From Candidatus Cloacimonadales bacterium (GTDB lineage Bacteria; Cloacimonadota; Cloacimonadia; Cloacimonadales; JAIOQZ01), in assembly GCA_963665815.1 (NCBI GenBank), contig OY762463.1, positions 896,001 through 960,000 on the forward strand: a stretch of DNA of 64,000 nucleotides, given 5' to 3'. The stretch's first letter is position 1. The number at the start of each line of letters is the position of its first letter. Below, piece by piece: positions 50,219 to 59,462 of this stretch. The notes under the pieces are model-generated. The model was given only the letters and a program-made list of their open reading frames with translations. It had not been told where the DNA came from and did no database searches. The position numbers and the translations under genes were made by a program.

Positions 50219-51763
50219 ATGTTGGAAAACGTTGAAAAAAAACAAGATGAAATGGTTGGAACTGATACAGTTCAGAGTGAAAACAAAGTCGAAGAAAAAG
50301 TAGAAATTACTGAAACTGCAGATACTGCAACAGAAGAAAGTTCTGAAGACATGGAAACATTAATCGAGCAGTCAATTGCTGAAGCATTTGAAACAACTGA
50401 AGGTGACCTTGTAACAGGTACAGTTGTTAATGTTAACGATTCATATGTATTCGTAACCCTCGGAGATAAACTTGATGCACATGCTGAAGTTTCTGAATTT
50501 AAAGATGAAAATGGTAATGTTACCGTAAAAGTTGGTGATGAAATTACTGCTTACGTAGTTAAGAAAAATGATGTAGAAACTGTAATTTCCAAAAGATATT
50601 CAAAAGCTAATGTAGACAAGTCTGCATTGAAAGATGCTTTTGAAAGAAAAATTCCTGTGACTGGAAAAGTTGTCAAAATTATAAAAGGCGGATTCCAAAT
50701 AGATGTTCTTAATGCAAGAGCATTCTGTCCATCTTCACAAATCAGTTTATTCCCTCTTAAAGATCAAAATTCAGTTCTCGGACAAAGCTTTGACTTCCAG
50801 ATTATTGATTATACTGATAAAGGAAGAAACATTGTTGTTTCCCATAGAGTTCTTGCAGAACAAGAAGCAGCTGAGAAGAAAACTGAAGCACTTAAAAAGC
50901 TTGAAGTTGGTATGGTTATTGAAGGAATAGTGACCAGATTAACCGGTTTCGGTGCATTCATCGATCTCGGTGGAATCGAAGGTCTTGCTCATGTTTCTGA
51001 AATTTCATGGACAAGAATTGCTAAACCATCTGACGCACTTGAAACAGGTCAGAAAGTTCAAGTAAAAGTTATCAAACTCGATGGCGAAAAGATTTCTCTC
51101 AGTATCAAGCAACTTACAGAAAACCCTGTAAACGCAGCTATGAGAGAACTTAAAGAAGATCAGATTGTTAATTGCCGCGTAGTTAAAAACGAATCTTTCG
51201 GTTCATTCGTAGAAATCATGCCTGGCGTTCAAGGTCTTATTCCTATCTCAGAGATGAGAAGAGGTAAAAGAGTTAACAAGCCTTCAGAAGTTGTTTCAGT
51301 TGGACAACTTGTTGAAGCTCAGATCCTCAGAGTAGATGTAGAGAAAAAGAAAATTTCTCTTTCACTTAAAGCTCTCCAGCCTGATCCATGGGATAACATT
51401 GATGAATTCCTTAAAGAAGGTGAACTTGTTCAGGGAACAATCGATGGTGTATCTGAATTCGGTACATTCGTAAAAGTAGCTGAGGGTCTTACAGGATTAA
51501 TGCCTAAGTCTAAACTTGCAATTGCAAAAGTAGTTCATGCAAAAGAAAACGTTGGTGAAGCTATTACTGTAAGAGTTATCAACATTGATGAAGCTAAAAA
51601 GAGAATATCTCTTGAGCCTTCTGAAATGCCTGAACAGCCTCAACAGCAAGAAAGACCTCAGTACAACGAAAGACGAAGAAATAACGATAACAGAGGTGAA
51701 TGGAAACGTTATGCAAATGAAAACTGGGACAACCAGATTGACAGTCCATTCAAAGATTTATAG
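50219..51763 (+). CDS. rpsA: 30S ribosomal protein S1 (five S1 domains visible)
   Basis: Repeated S1 domains (FGAFIDLGGIEGLAHVSEISW, ISLSIK, ISLSLK..QPDPW); biased codon usage; AGGAG SD. Confidence 0.88.
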   Translation: MLENVEKKQDEMVGTDTVQSENKVEEKVEITETADTATEESSEDMETLIEQSIAEAFETTEGDLVTGTVVNVNDSYVFVTLGDKLDAHAEVSEFKDENGNVTVKVGDEITAYVVKKNDVETVISKRYSKANVDKSALKDAFERKIPVTGKVVKIIKGGFQIDVLNARAFCPSSQISLFPLKDQNSVLGQSFDFQIIDYTDKGRNIVVSHRVLAEQEAAEKKTEALKKLEVGMVIEGIVTRLTGFGAFIDLGGIEGLAHVSEISWTRIAKPSDALETGQKVQVKVIKLDGEKISLSIKQLTENPVNAAMRELKEDQIVNCRVVKNESFGSFVEIMPGVQGLIPISEMRRGKRVNKPSEVVSVGQLVEAQILRVDVEKKKISLSLKALQPDPWDNIDEFLKEGELVQGTIDGVSEFGTFVKVAEGLTGLMPKSKLAIAKVVHAKENVGEAITVRVINIDEAKKRISLEPSEMPEQPQQQERPQYNERRRNNDNRGEWKRYANENWDNQIDSPFKDL

Positions 51764-51790
51764 AAAATTAATTTCGATATAATAACTTAA

Positions 51791-51819
51791 GAGCTGCGTT
51801 TTAATACGCAGCTTTTTTT
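51791..51819 (+). terminator. Rho-independent terminator after rpsA
   Basis: AGCTGCGT-TTTAAT-ACGCAGCT followed by a T run. Confidence 0.85.
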
Positions 51820-52379
51820 ATATGATATTGATCCATTAGATATATTGACTGAATACATTCTCAACAACAAGTATTTACATATAGTCAGGAGAAACATTAA
51901 TCACTCAAAACTCTGAACAGAACGAAAAACCCTTACATTCATACTGACAATTCAGATATTAAATTAATTCATTTTATGAGTTTTCTTGTAAAACTTATCT
52001 GCTCTGATTATAGATCTTACAGGAATCCACAATAATGAAAGAATAATTAGTAGTTTTATACTGAATTGAATTGGATGAGGTCTGTAAGCAAATGGCAGTT
52101 TAGCAAAGTCATCTTTCGTCAGATCATGCTCACCCAGTGTATCTGTGAATTCAAAATCCGCACCAGTATAATCCTTTAATGACCTTGATGTAACATGGTA
52201 AATCCTCAGAGCATCGCCAATAGTTGTCTCATCGTCTATATTGTGAACAATTATGAATTTGTTAATATCCGCAATAAATGTAGCAACGACAATTACAATG
52301 AACAAGATTGCATACAAAATCAACATCGTGTAAGGTGCACCCCATTGTCCAGACCATTATTTAATTTGTTTAAGTTTGT

Positions 52380-53243
52380 TTAAGATACATTTTTAAGTTC
52401 CAGATATTCAAAATATACTTCATTTGGTGTTTTGTATTTAAGAGATTGATGTAATCTTTTATTATTAAAGAAGTTGAAGTAATATTCCAGTGCGTTTCGA
52501 CATTTTCTCATGTTCTCATATTCATTGAGGTAGATTTCTTCATACTTTACTGACCTGAACGTCCTTTCAACAAATATGTTGTCCAGAGCTCTTCCTTTTC
52601 CATTCATACTTATATTGATCTGGTTGCTATTTAAAATTTCGGTAAATTCATTACTCGTAAACTGGCTGCCCTGATCGGTATTGAAAATCTCAGGATATCC
52701 ATATTTGCTGATTGCTTCCTGTAGGGCTTCAATGCAGAAAAATCTATCGAGGGTATTACTAACTTTCCAGCTTAGTATTTTTCTGCTGTACATATCCACG
52801 ACTATTACAAGGTACATCCTTCCGGAAGAAAGATTAATATAAGTAATATCTGCCCCCCATACCTGATTAATTCGACTTATATTTATACCTTTAAGAAGAT
52901 AAGGATATTTCTTATGAGCCTTATTAGGCTTGCTGAGATTAATCTTGGGATAAACTGCTTTTATATTCATTTCTTTCATCAGTCTTTGCACTTTCTTGTG
53001 ATTTACAAGAATTCCGTCTCGTTGTATACTTTTGGTTATCCTTCTATAGCCGTAAAATGGATATTGCAAATACAATTCCTCAATTTTACTCTGAACTTTA
53101 CTATCATCAGTATGCATGGTTTTCTTATAGTATAGGGTACTTCTGTTTACATCAAGTAGCTTACACTGCCGTCTTATAGATAATTTTTCATGATCCTTTT
53201 CAATTAATCCGGATCTTTCCCATATATTTGTCTGTACTTTTTT
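52380..53243 (-). CDS. IS3 transposase OrfB (DDE integrase core), expressed as an OrfAB fusion by -1 frameshift
   Basis: SIRRQC.LL...RST.YY, YGYRR, W..DITY, NTDQGSQFTS, GRALDNIFVER..RSVKYE; frame open up to the A-AAA-AAG motif at 53237-53243. Confidence 0.92.
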   Translation of the reverse strand, partial: KKVQTNIWERSGLIEKDHEKLSIRRQCKLLDVNRSTLYYKKTMHTDDSKVQSKIEELYLQYPFYGYRRITKSIQRDGILVNHKKVQRLMKEMNIKAVYPKINLSKPNKAHKKYPYLLKGINISRINQVWGADITYINLSSGRMYLVIVVDMYSRKILSWKVSNTLDRFFCIEALQEAISKYGYPEIFNTDQGSQFTSNEFTEILNSNQINISMNGKGRALDNIFVERTFRSVKYEEIYLNEYENMRKCRNALEYYFNFFNNKRLHQSLKYKTPNEVYFEYLELKNVS

Positions 53244-53500
53244 CGCAGGAAGTCCCTCTCAACTTGAAGCTGTCCGATCTTTTTATACAAATCATCCGTA
53301 GTTTCCTCCCTCTTCTTGTTTTCTTTTTTCCGCTTATCTGAAAATATACTTGAAGCACTCTCCAGAAACTTGGTTTTCCAGTTGGTTATCAAATTGGGGT
53401 GCACATCGAATTTCGCTCCAAGTTCTACAATACTCATCTCTCCCTTTATTGCTTCAATAGCTACTTTTGCCTTAAATTCAGACGTGTAGGACTTTCTCAT
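53204..53500 (-). CDS. IS3 transposase OrfA (HTH)
   Basis: RK.YT.EFKAKVA.EA, VHPN.I..WK, LY.KIGQL.VE.DFL. Confidence 0.93.
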   Translation of the reverse strand: MRKSYTSEFKAKVAIEAIKGEMSIVELGAKFDVHPNLITNWKTKFLESASSIFSDKRKKENKKREETTDDLYKKIGQLQVERDFLRKKYRQIYGKDPD

Positions 53501-53945
53501 TATAATACTCCTTAATTTACTCTTTTACTCTGAAAATTTCTCTAAAATAAAAAAGAAAAATTGAAAAGAGAAATTTTCTGAGTTAATAGTTTAACGATCG
53601 AAAATCCAAACTTAAACACTGGTCTGAATTTCAGGGTGCATTATAGTGCTATGTGGATTTAGCGAAGATTCATCATTATAATCATCAAACATGAATAGTT
53701 CCCCCAGAATTCCGTTTATAGTTTTATATCAGTTTTAAAAATTTATATGTCAAGTAAAATGCCTGATAGTTTTTTACCATATATTTGTATCTACTTTCCT
53801 TTTATTTACTTTTATCCTCATTTCATATCTATATTCTATCTGCTTCAGTCATAAATTTATAGAATCATATACAGCAATTTTATCAAATTACTGCGGATAT
53901 CCAATTCTTATGATAAAGACTGAAACTAACATCTATAAATGTTTC

Positions 53946-53974
53946 TTGACAAACTGAAACGGTCAAATTATCAT
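53946..53974 (+). promoter_or_regulatory. Sigma70 promoter for the small ORF at 54015
   Basis: TTGACA-17 nt-TATCAT. Confidence 0.6.
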
Positions 53975-54014
53975 TTGAATGTGACGTGGAAGAGTCATAT
54001 TGTAAGGAGTGAAA

Positions 54015-54242
54015 ATGCAAAACCAGTATATGGATAGACTTGATAAAATTATCGAAATCATGAAGCCAATCAGTGAATATTTTGAGCAGGAATTACTTGA
54101 AAAACTATCACCTGAGGAGAAAGAACTCAGGATAATTGAAGGAAACAACAAAGTTACAAGATCATTACCGGAGGGAGAACTAAGAAATCGCAGAATTGAA
54201 CTTGCGAGGAGTATCATAAAAAATCTTAATAAAGAATTGTAA
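54015..54242 (+). CDS. Small hypothetical helical protein (75 aa)
   Basis: AAGGAG SD 5 nt before ATG 54015, own promoter, downstream terminator. Confidence 0.65.
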   Translation: MQNQYMDRLDKIIEIMKPISEYFEQELLEKLSPEEKELRIIEGNNKVTRSLPEGELRNRRIELARSIIKNLNKEL

Positions 54243-54273
54243 TCTATACCCGGCTCTTCCCAGCTTATAAAGC

Positions 54274-54302
54274 AAAAAAGGCTGCATAATCTGCAGCCTT
54301 TT
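54274..54302. terminator. Bidirectional terminator between convergent genes
   Basis: AAAAGGCTGCA-TAATC-TGCAGCCTTTT with A and T runs on the two sides. Confidence 0.85.
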
Positions 54303-54323
54303 AATGTTTATATGATTCTGATA

Positions 54324-55883
54324 TTATTTAATCATTATCATTTTCTTAACAACTGATGTTTCAGGAGTTTGAACTTTATAGAAGTATACACCTGATGTTA
54401 CATCGTTATTATTATTGTCTTTACCGTTCCAAACAACACTGCGTTCACCTGCTTTGTAAGCTTGCTTAGCAAAAGTCTTAACCAATTGACCTTTTACATT
54501 GTAAACACTTACTTCAACGTTTGTATCATTTTTAAGTGAAAAAGCAATGTTTGTCATTGGGTTGAAAGGATTTGGATAGTTGTTAACTGCAAATACTTTT
54601 GCTTTGTTAACATCTTCAAATGTAGCTGTTCCAGTTGTACCCATAACAAGAATATTATCAACTTCCCATGTAGCTGATTCAGTATCAGTTGATGTGAACT
54701 TAAAACCAACATAAATATTCTGATTTAAATAGTTCATAAGGTCAATATCACCTGATTCTGTCCATGTCCAGCTTCCAGGGCAAAGTGTAGCCTGAATTGG
54801 AGTCCATGTAGCAGTTGTAACGTTTCCTGCAAAATCTGTAGAAATGAAGACTTCAAGTGGATTACCTGTATAGCTCATTGCTGTCCAGAATGTCAATGTA
54901 GCAGCATTAACTGTTGAAAGATCAATAGCTGGAGTAATCATCCAGTCTTCATTAGCATTAAATCCATTATCATAACCAGAAACTTTAGCACAGCTTGATC
55001 CATCGACGCCATGAGTTGTATCCAATCCCCATGTTTGATTACCGGTAACGCTTATTGTTGTAACATTATCAATTCCATTTGCTTCGAAATCTTCTGTATA
55101 AAGAACTACTGATGAAGCAGAAGTTACTTCAATATAGTCTTCCATTGTTACAACTTCGTCACCTGAAGCATAACTTGCTGTAAGAACTACAGTATAAACA
55201 CCTTGATTCTGGTATGTGTAAGAAGGGTTAGCTGAAGTTGCATCTTCTGTACCGTCGTTATCGAAATCCCAGCTGTAAGCTGTTGGAGTTCCAACAGTAA
55301 TTGATGTGAATTGAACTGTAAGTGGAGCTGGTCCGAGAGTTACATCTGCAGTTAAGCCAGTCATTGAATTCATTTCACCTGGAGTTCCACCGAAAACAAA
55401 GCTTGCATGCCAGTTAGCAGCAACATTGTTGTCAGCAGCAGGATCGATAAGCTCAAGAGAGGCGTCTGAACCATTAGGTTCTGTTGGCCATGGAGCTGTT
55501 ACACCATAGTCAACGTTATCAATAAGATTACCTGCACCGTCTCTTAATTCAAGGTGTTTCCCTGAATTTCCAAGTCCGAAGTAAGTACCTGCAGCAATTA
55601 CCGGGCACTGAAGATTAGCATAAACTGAATCGTTTTGTGCGATAACTACATATCCGCCAGCTTGAATCTGAGCAGAAAATGCAACAGGAGTGCTCATTGT
55701 CGTATCAGCGATAGTCCAGTTTGTCATATCAACAACTGCAGTACCGGTGTTATACAGTTCGAGAAATTCATAGTAAGTGTCTGGTCCAACACTCGGATTA
55801 TAATGAATTTCATTAATTACTATGTCAGCAAAACAAGTTGCTGAAACTAAAAGTAGGATAAAAAGTATGAGACTATTTCTCAT
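54324..55883 (-). CDS. Secreted surface protein: lamin-tail domain, PKD, adhesin-like beta-sandwich, FlgD-Ig/T9SS-like C-terminal domain
   Basis: IVINEIHYNP..EFLELYN (LTD); APLTVQFT..YSWDFD.DG..NP.YTY..GVYTV (PKD); DWMITP; NYPNPFNP.T.I.F...WNGKD....SGVYFY. Confidence 0.88.
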   Translation of the reverse strand: MRNSLILFILLLVSATCFADIVINEIHYNPSVGPDTYYEFLELYNTGTAVVDMTNWTIADTTMSTPVAFSAQIQAGGYVVIAQNDSVYANLQCPVIAAGTYFGLGNSGKHLELRDGAGNLIDNVDYGVTAPWPTEPNGSDASLELIDPAADNNVAANWHASFVFGGTPGEMNSMTGLTADVTLGPAPLTVQFTSITVGTPTAYSWDFDNDGTEDATSANPSYTYQNQGVYTVVLTASYASGDEVVTMEDYIEVTSASSVVLYTEDFEANGIDNVTTISVTGNQTWGLDTTHGVDGSSCAKVSGYDNGFNANEDWMITPAIDLSTVNAATLTFWTAMSYTGNPLEVFISTDFAGNVTTATWTPIQATLCPGSWTWTESGDIDLMNYLNQNIYVGFKFTSTDTESATWEVDNILVMGTTGTATFEDVNKAKVFAVNNYPNPFNPMTNIAFSLKNDTNVEVSVYNVKGQLVKTFAKQAYKAGERSVVWNGKDNNNNDVTSGVYFYKVQTPETSVVKKMIMIK

Positions 55884-56199
55884 TTTAAAACCTCCGTAAT
55901 ATTGTGTAGCTTTTCATAATGTTTATTGCGATCTTTCTTGTCAAGTTAATCTAACAGATATTGATATCAAATTATTATTATTTTAAATTAGTTAATTATA
56001 AACTGAATGTTAACTTTCGAAAATTATTATATTCTGAATACTTAAGTTTTTTAATGATTTTTTCTATTCCGTACTTCTATGCTTTTTTTTAGAATATTAC
56101 TCATTTAATGATTGTTAGTCAACTTTTTTCTCAAACTTCTCAGTATAGATATACCTCAAACAAAGCAGTATTCATTTCATATTGAAGATAACAGCTATA

Positions 56200-58107
56200 T
56201 TAAAACATTAGTTTAAGACTGAAAGTAGTACCTTTATCAACTTTGCTTTCTACTGTAATTTCACCGTTATGAATATCAATAAAATCTTTAACAAGAATTA
56301 ATCCCAGTCCCGAACCTTTCTCAAGATTTGTCCCTGAAGTTGTATATGGCTTGGATGTATCAAACAAGAAATGTAGTTTATCTTCTGGAATACCGAGTCC
56401 GCTATCTGCAATTTTTATGACCAGAAAATCATCTTTCGCTTCCCATCTGACATGCACTTCACTTTCAGGGTGACTAAATTTAAGAGCATTACTCATAAGA
56501 TTCCTGAAAACTGTCTTCATCATATTCGCATCAACTTTGATTTCATAATCAGGTCCATTGAATACAAAGTCTACCCTTTTCTTTTCTGAAGAAGTCTTTA
56601 TAAACGAAAAGGATTCCTGAACAAGTTTGTATATTGATACCGGTTCAGGAGAAAAAGTCAGTTTCCCGGTCTGGCTTCTCGCCCATTCGAGCAGGTTATT
56701 AAGAAGTTCTGTAACCCTGCTGCTAGCAGATTTAACTTTTCCAAATTTTTCCAGAAGTTCATCTCTTGAAATACTGTCTCTCGTCAATTCAATAAAGTCA
56801 GCAACCAGATTTATGTTATGTAAAGGGATTCTCAAGTCATGAGCAATGATAGACATGATTCTTGATTTAAGATCTATCGCTTCATTAAGTTCAATATTGA
56901 GCACTTCCAGTGTATGGTTCAGCTTTTCCAGTTCCCTGTTTTTGTTTCTGACAAGTTCGTTTTCTCTTTCTTTCTGATCAAGCTCAAATTCAGATCTCGA
57001 CTGAGCAATTCTTTCACTGAGGGTTTCATTAAAAATCTCATCTTTCACATTGACCATCATGTGCGAATACTCAAGAGCTTTTTCAAAGTTCTTTCTCTCA
57101 GCTTCAAGATCCGATAATGATTTATAACAGTTTATCAATTGATCCTTTGCCCCAATTTCTCTAGAGAGATTTACAACTATCTGAAAATATTCATTAGCTC
57201 TTTCCAGCATACCTTCCATAAGATAAGAGTCTCCAATATTAAGGGATGTTACAGTTTTCCCGTACATATCACCTAATTTCTCTCTAAGTTCCAATGACTT
57301 ATAGAGATATTCCCTGGCAAGTTCATAATTACCGGTAGCATTGTAAATAGCACCTATATTATTAGAAATGACAGCAATACCCTTCACTTCATTTATTTCC
57401 TGTTTTAGTTCAAGAGACTCATTGTAGAAATTTATTGCAGTAGAATAATCTTTTCTCCTGTTATAGATATTACCTATATTGTTCAAAGCTATGGACAAAC
57501 CTCTTTTATCACCTATTTCTCTTTTGATATCGATAGATTTTTGCAAGTATTCTTCGGCATCATTAAGTTTATCAAGTGCAAGATAGATTACAGCAATATT
57601 ACTATATGTGGTTGATATTGTTTCCTTTTCGCCAAGCTCTTCTCTTATTCTCAAGCTTTTTTGTAGTGTTTCAAGAGCATCTGCAAACTTGCCCTGCCTT
57701 TTATTGAGCATACCCAGATTGTTAAGAAGACTTGAATAGTCCCTCTTGTTTTTTACAGGATCAATCAAAACAAGAGCTTTATTCATGTACTCCTGAGACC
57801 TCTTATAGTCTCCTGTCTGCAGGTAACTGTTTGATTTTAACTGATAAAGATTTCTCATGATGGAAGGGAATTCACCTTTATAATTCAGTAAAAGCCTTTC
57901 TGCTTCAGAAACAATTCTGATTGTATCGAGAAAATCAGATTTAACAGCAAGAGCCACTGCGTAATAATAGTAGGCCGCAAATGTTTCTTTGACAGGTTTT
58001 GCCTTACTTTCATTGATAAAGTCTAAAGCAGCCTTGCCGTATACATCAGGCTTTTTCTCTTTAAAAGCTGTTCGCAGAATTTCAATCAATTCATTAGTAT
58101 CTTGCAA
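56200..58107 (-). CDS. TPR-repeat sensor histidine kinase
   Basis: Multiple TPRs (NNLG/NNIG), IAHDLR.P H-box, RNLMSNALKF N-box, DSGLGI, GSGLGL, G.GTTF. Confidence 0.93.
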   Translation of the reverse strand: MQDTNELIEILRTAFKEKKPDVYGKAALDFINESKAKPVKETFAAYYYYAVALAVKSDFLDTIRIVSEAERLLLNYKGEFPSIMRNLYQLKSNSYLQTGDYKRSQEYMNKALVLIDPVKNKRDYSSLLNNLGMLNKRQGKFADALETLQKSLRIREELGEKETISTTYSNIAVIYLALDKLNDAEEYLQKSIDIKREIGDKRGLSIALNNIGNIYNRRKDYSTAINFYNESLELKQEINEVKGIAVISNNIGAIYNATGNYELAREYLYKSLELREKLGDMYGKTVTSLNIGDSYLMEGMLERANEYFQIVVNLSREIGAKDQLINCYKSLSDLEAERKNFEKALEYSHMMVNVKDEIFNETLSERIAQSRSEFELDQKERENELVRNKNRELEKLNHTLEVLNIELNEAIDLKSRIMSIIAHDLRIPLHNINLVADFIELTRDSISRDELLEKFGKVKSASSRVTELLNNLLEWARSQTGKLTFSPEPVSIYKLVQESFSFIKTSSEKKRVDFVFNGPDYEIKVDANMMKTVFRNLMSNALKFSHPESEVHVRWEAKDDFLVIKIADSGLGIPEDKLHFLFDTSKPYTTSGTNLEKGSGLGLILVKDFIDIHNGEITVESKVDKGTTFSLKLMF

Positions 58108-58140
58108 TCTATCTTACTCCAACGTAAATATCATTCGGTA

Positions 58141-59133
58141 TTAAATAACTCCGATTGTTTTTCTCAATTTTTGTATTTTACGATCCGCAATATTTCTTGC
58201 TTTTTCAGATCCTTCTTTTAACACTCTGTCTATATAGGCTGTATCGGCCATCAGATCATTGTACTTCTCTCTGATCGGAGTCAGCACGGAATTCAGTTTT
58301 TCGAACAGAATCTGCTTCGCAGTCCCCCAGCCCATTCCACCTGCTCTGTATTGCTCCGCAAGAGCTTTCTGTTCCTCTTCAGTTGCAAAAAGTTTGTATA
58401 AGGTAAACACATTACAGTTCTCGGGATCTTTAGGTTCATCAACAGTCTGTGAATTAGTAACTATTTTCATTATTGTTTTTCTAAGCTTCTTTTCTGTCAA
58501 GAACATTGGTATTGTGTTGCTGTAACTTTTACTCATTTTCCGGCCGTCCAATCCTGTAACAGTCATTGAGTTCTCTCTGAGTAAAGGCTGAGGAAGTTTG
58601 AATACCTGTTTTCCGTAATTATGATTTATAGTCTGGGCTATATCATTTGTCATTTCCACATGCTGAAGCTGATCTTTTCCCACCGGGATTATATCGGCAT
58701 CAAATAACAGAATATCGGCTGCCATAAGAACTGGATAAGTAAACAACCCAATATTTACACCATCATCAATGTCTTTGTTCATTTCTTTATTATTGGCAAT
58801 CATAGCTTTGTACGCATGAGCCCTGTTCATCAGTCCTTTAGGTGTGAAAGCTGCGAGTAATGTAGCCAGTTCAAATGTTTCGGGCACGTGAGACTGTTTA
58901 TAAAATACAACTTTTTCAGTATCTAATCCACAGGCAAGCCAGGCAGCAGCGATCTCAAGACTCATCTTTCTGAGTTCTTTAGGATCTCTCATTGAATTCA
59001 GTGCATGATAATCTGCAATGAAATAAAAACTTTTGTACTGCTCAGATAATTCCAGACCCGGTTTTATTGCTCCGAGATAATTTCCGATATGCGGATCACC
59101 GGTCGGCTTTATTCCTGTTAAAGATACTTTCAT
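58141..59133 (-). CDS. trpS: Tryptophan--tRNA ligase
   Basis: TGIKPTG.PHIGNY.G, YPVLMAADIL, PVG.DQ.QH, KMSKS; start moved to ATG 59133 (GGAG SD). Confidence 0.97.
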   Translation of the reverse strand: MKVSLTGIKPTGDPHIGNYLGAIKPGLELSEQYKSFYFIADYHALNSMRDPKELRKMSLEIAAAWLACGLDTEKVVFYKQSHVPETFELATLLAAFTPKGLMNRAHAYKAMIANNKEMNKDIDDGVNIGLFTYPVLMAADILLFDADIIPVGKDQLQHVEMTNDIAQTINHNYGKQVFKLPQPLLRENSMTVTGLDGRKMSKSYSNTIPMFLTEKKLRKTIMKIVTNSQTVDEPKDPENCNVFTLYKLFATEEEQKALAEQYRAGGMGWGTAKQILFEKLNSVLTPIREKYNDLMADTAYIDRVLKEGSEKARNIADRKIQKLRKTIGVI

Positions 59134-59462
59134 TAGATTCTCCAAATTATTTTTTGAGAACTTGCATAAATCAATAGTGCACACCCTATATTTCTCTCTA
59201 TATATACGAGTAAATGAAGTTTTCTGTATCAAGGTTACATCTAAAATTCATTAATTTAAAAGAACTTTCAGGAGTAGTCAGAATTTTTTCATAAAACCTC
59301 TTATGCCGCAACCGACTGTTCCTGCATTTATGCAAAGTTCTCTTTTGTAAAAAAAAATTCCCTGACATTTTTAGTCAATGATTTCTCACTTGAAAAAAGT
59401 ACTTGCTATAAATCAGTTACGAAAAATATTAGGGAAAAACAATAAAATTGAAGGAGATAAAC

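Larger units (their letters stand above)
52331..53645 (-). mobile_element. Complete IS3-family insertion sequence (1315 bp)
   Basis: Imperfect terminal inverted repeats TAAGGTGCACCCCATTGTCCAGACCA / TGGTCTGAATTTCAGGGTGCATTATA; GTG duplicated at 52328-52330 and 53646-53648; orfA and orfB. Confidence 0.95.
51964..53692 (-). pseudogene. Small two-TM membrane protein gene (136 aa reconstructed) interrupted by the IS3 element
   Basis: Removing 52331-53645 plus one GTG joins MFDDYNDESSLNPHS (ATG 53692, GGGGG SD) in frame to T-MLILYAILF... (52326-51964). Confidence 0.85.

Noticed and set aside
59134-59232. N-terminal extension of trpS, and a possible T-box or attenuator in the leader
   Set aside because: SD supports ATG 59133; no T-box motif or Trp-codon leader peptide seen
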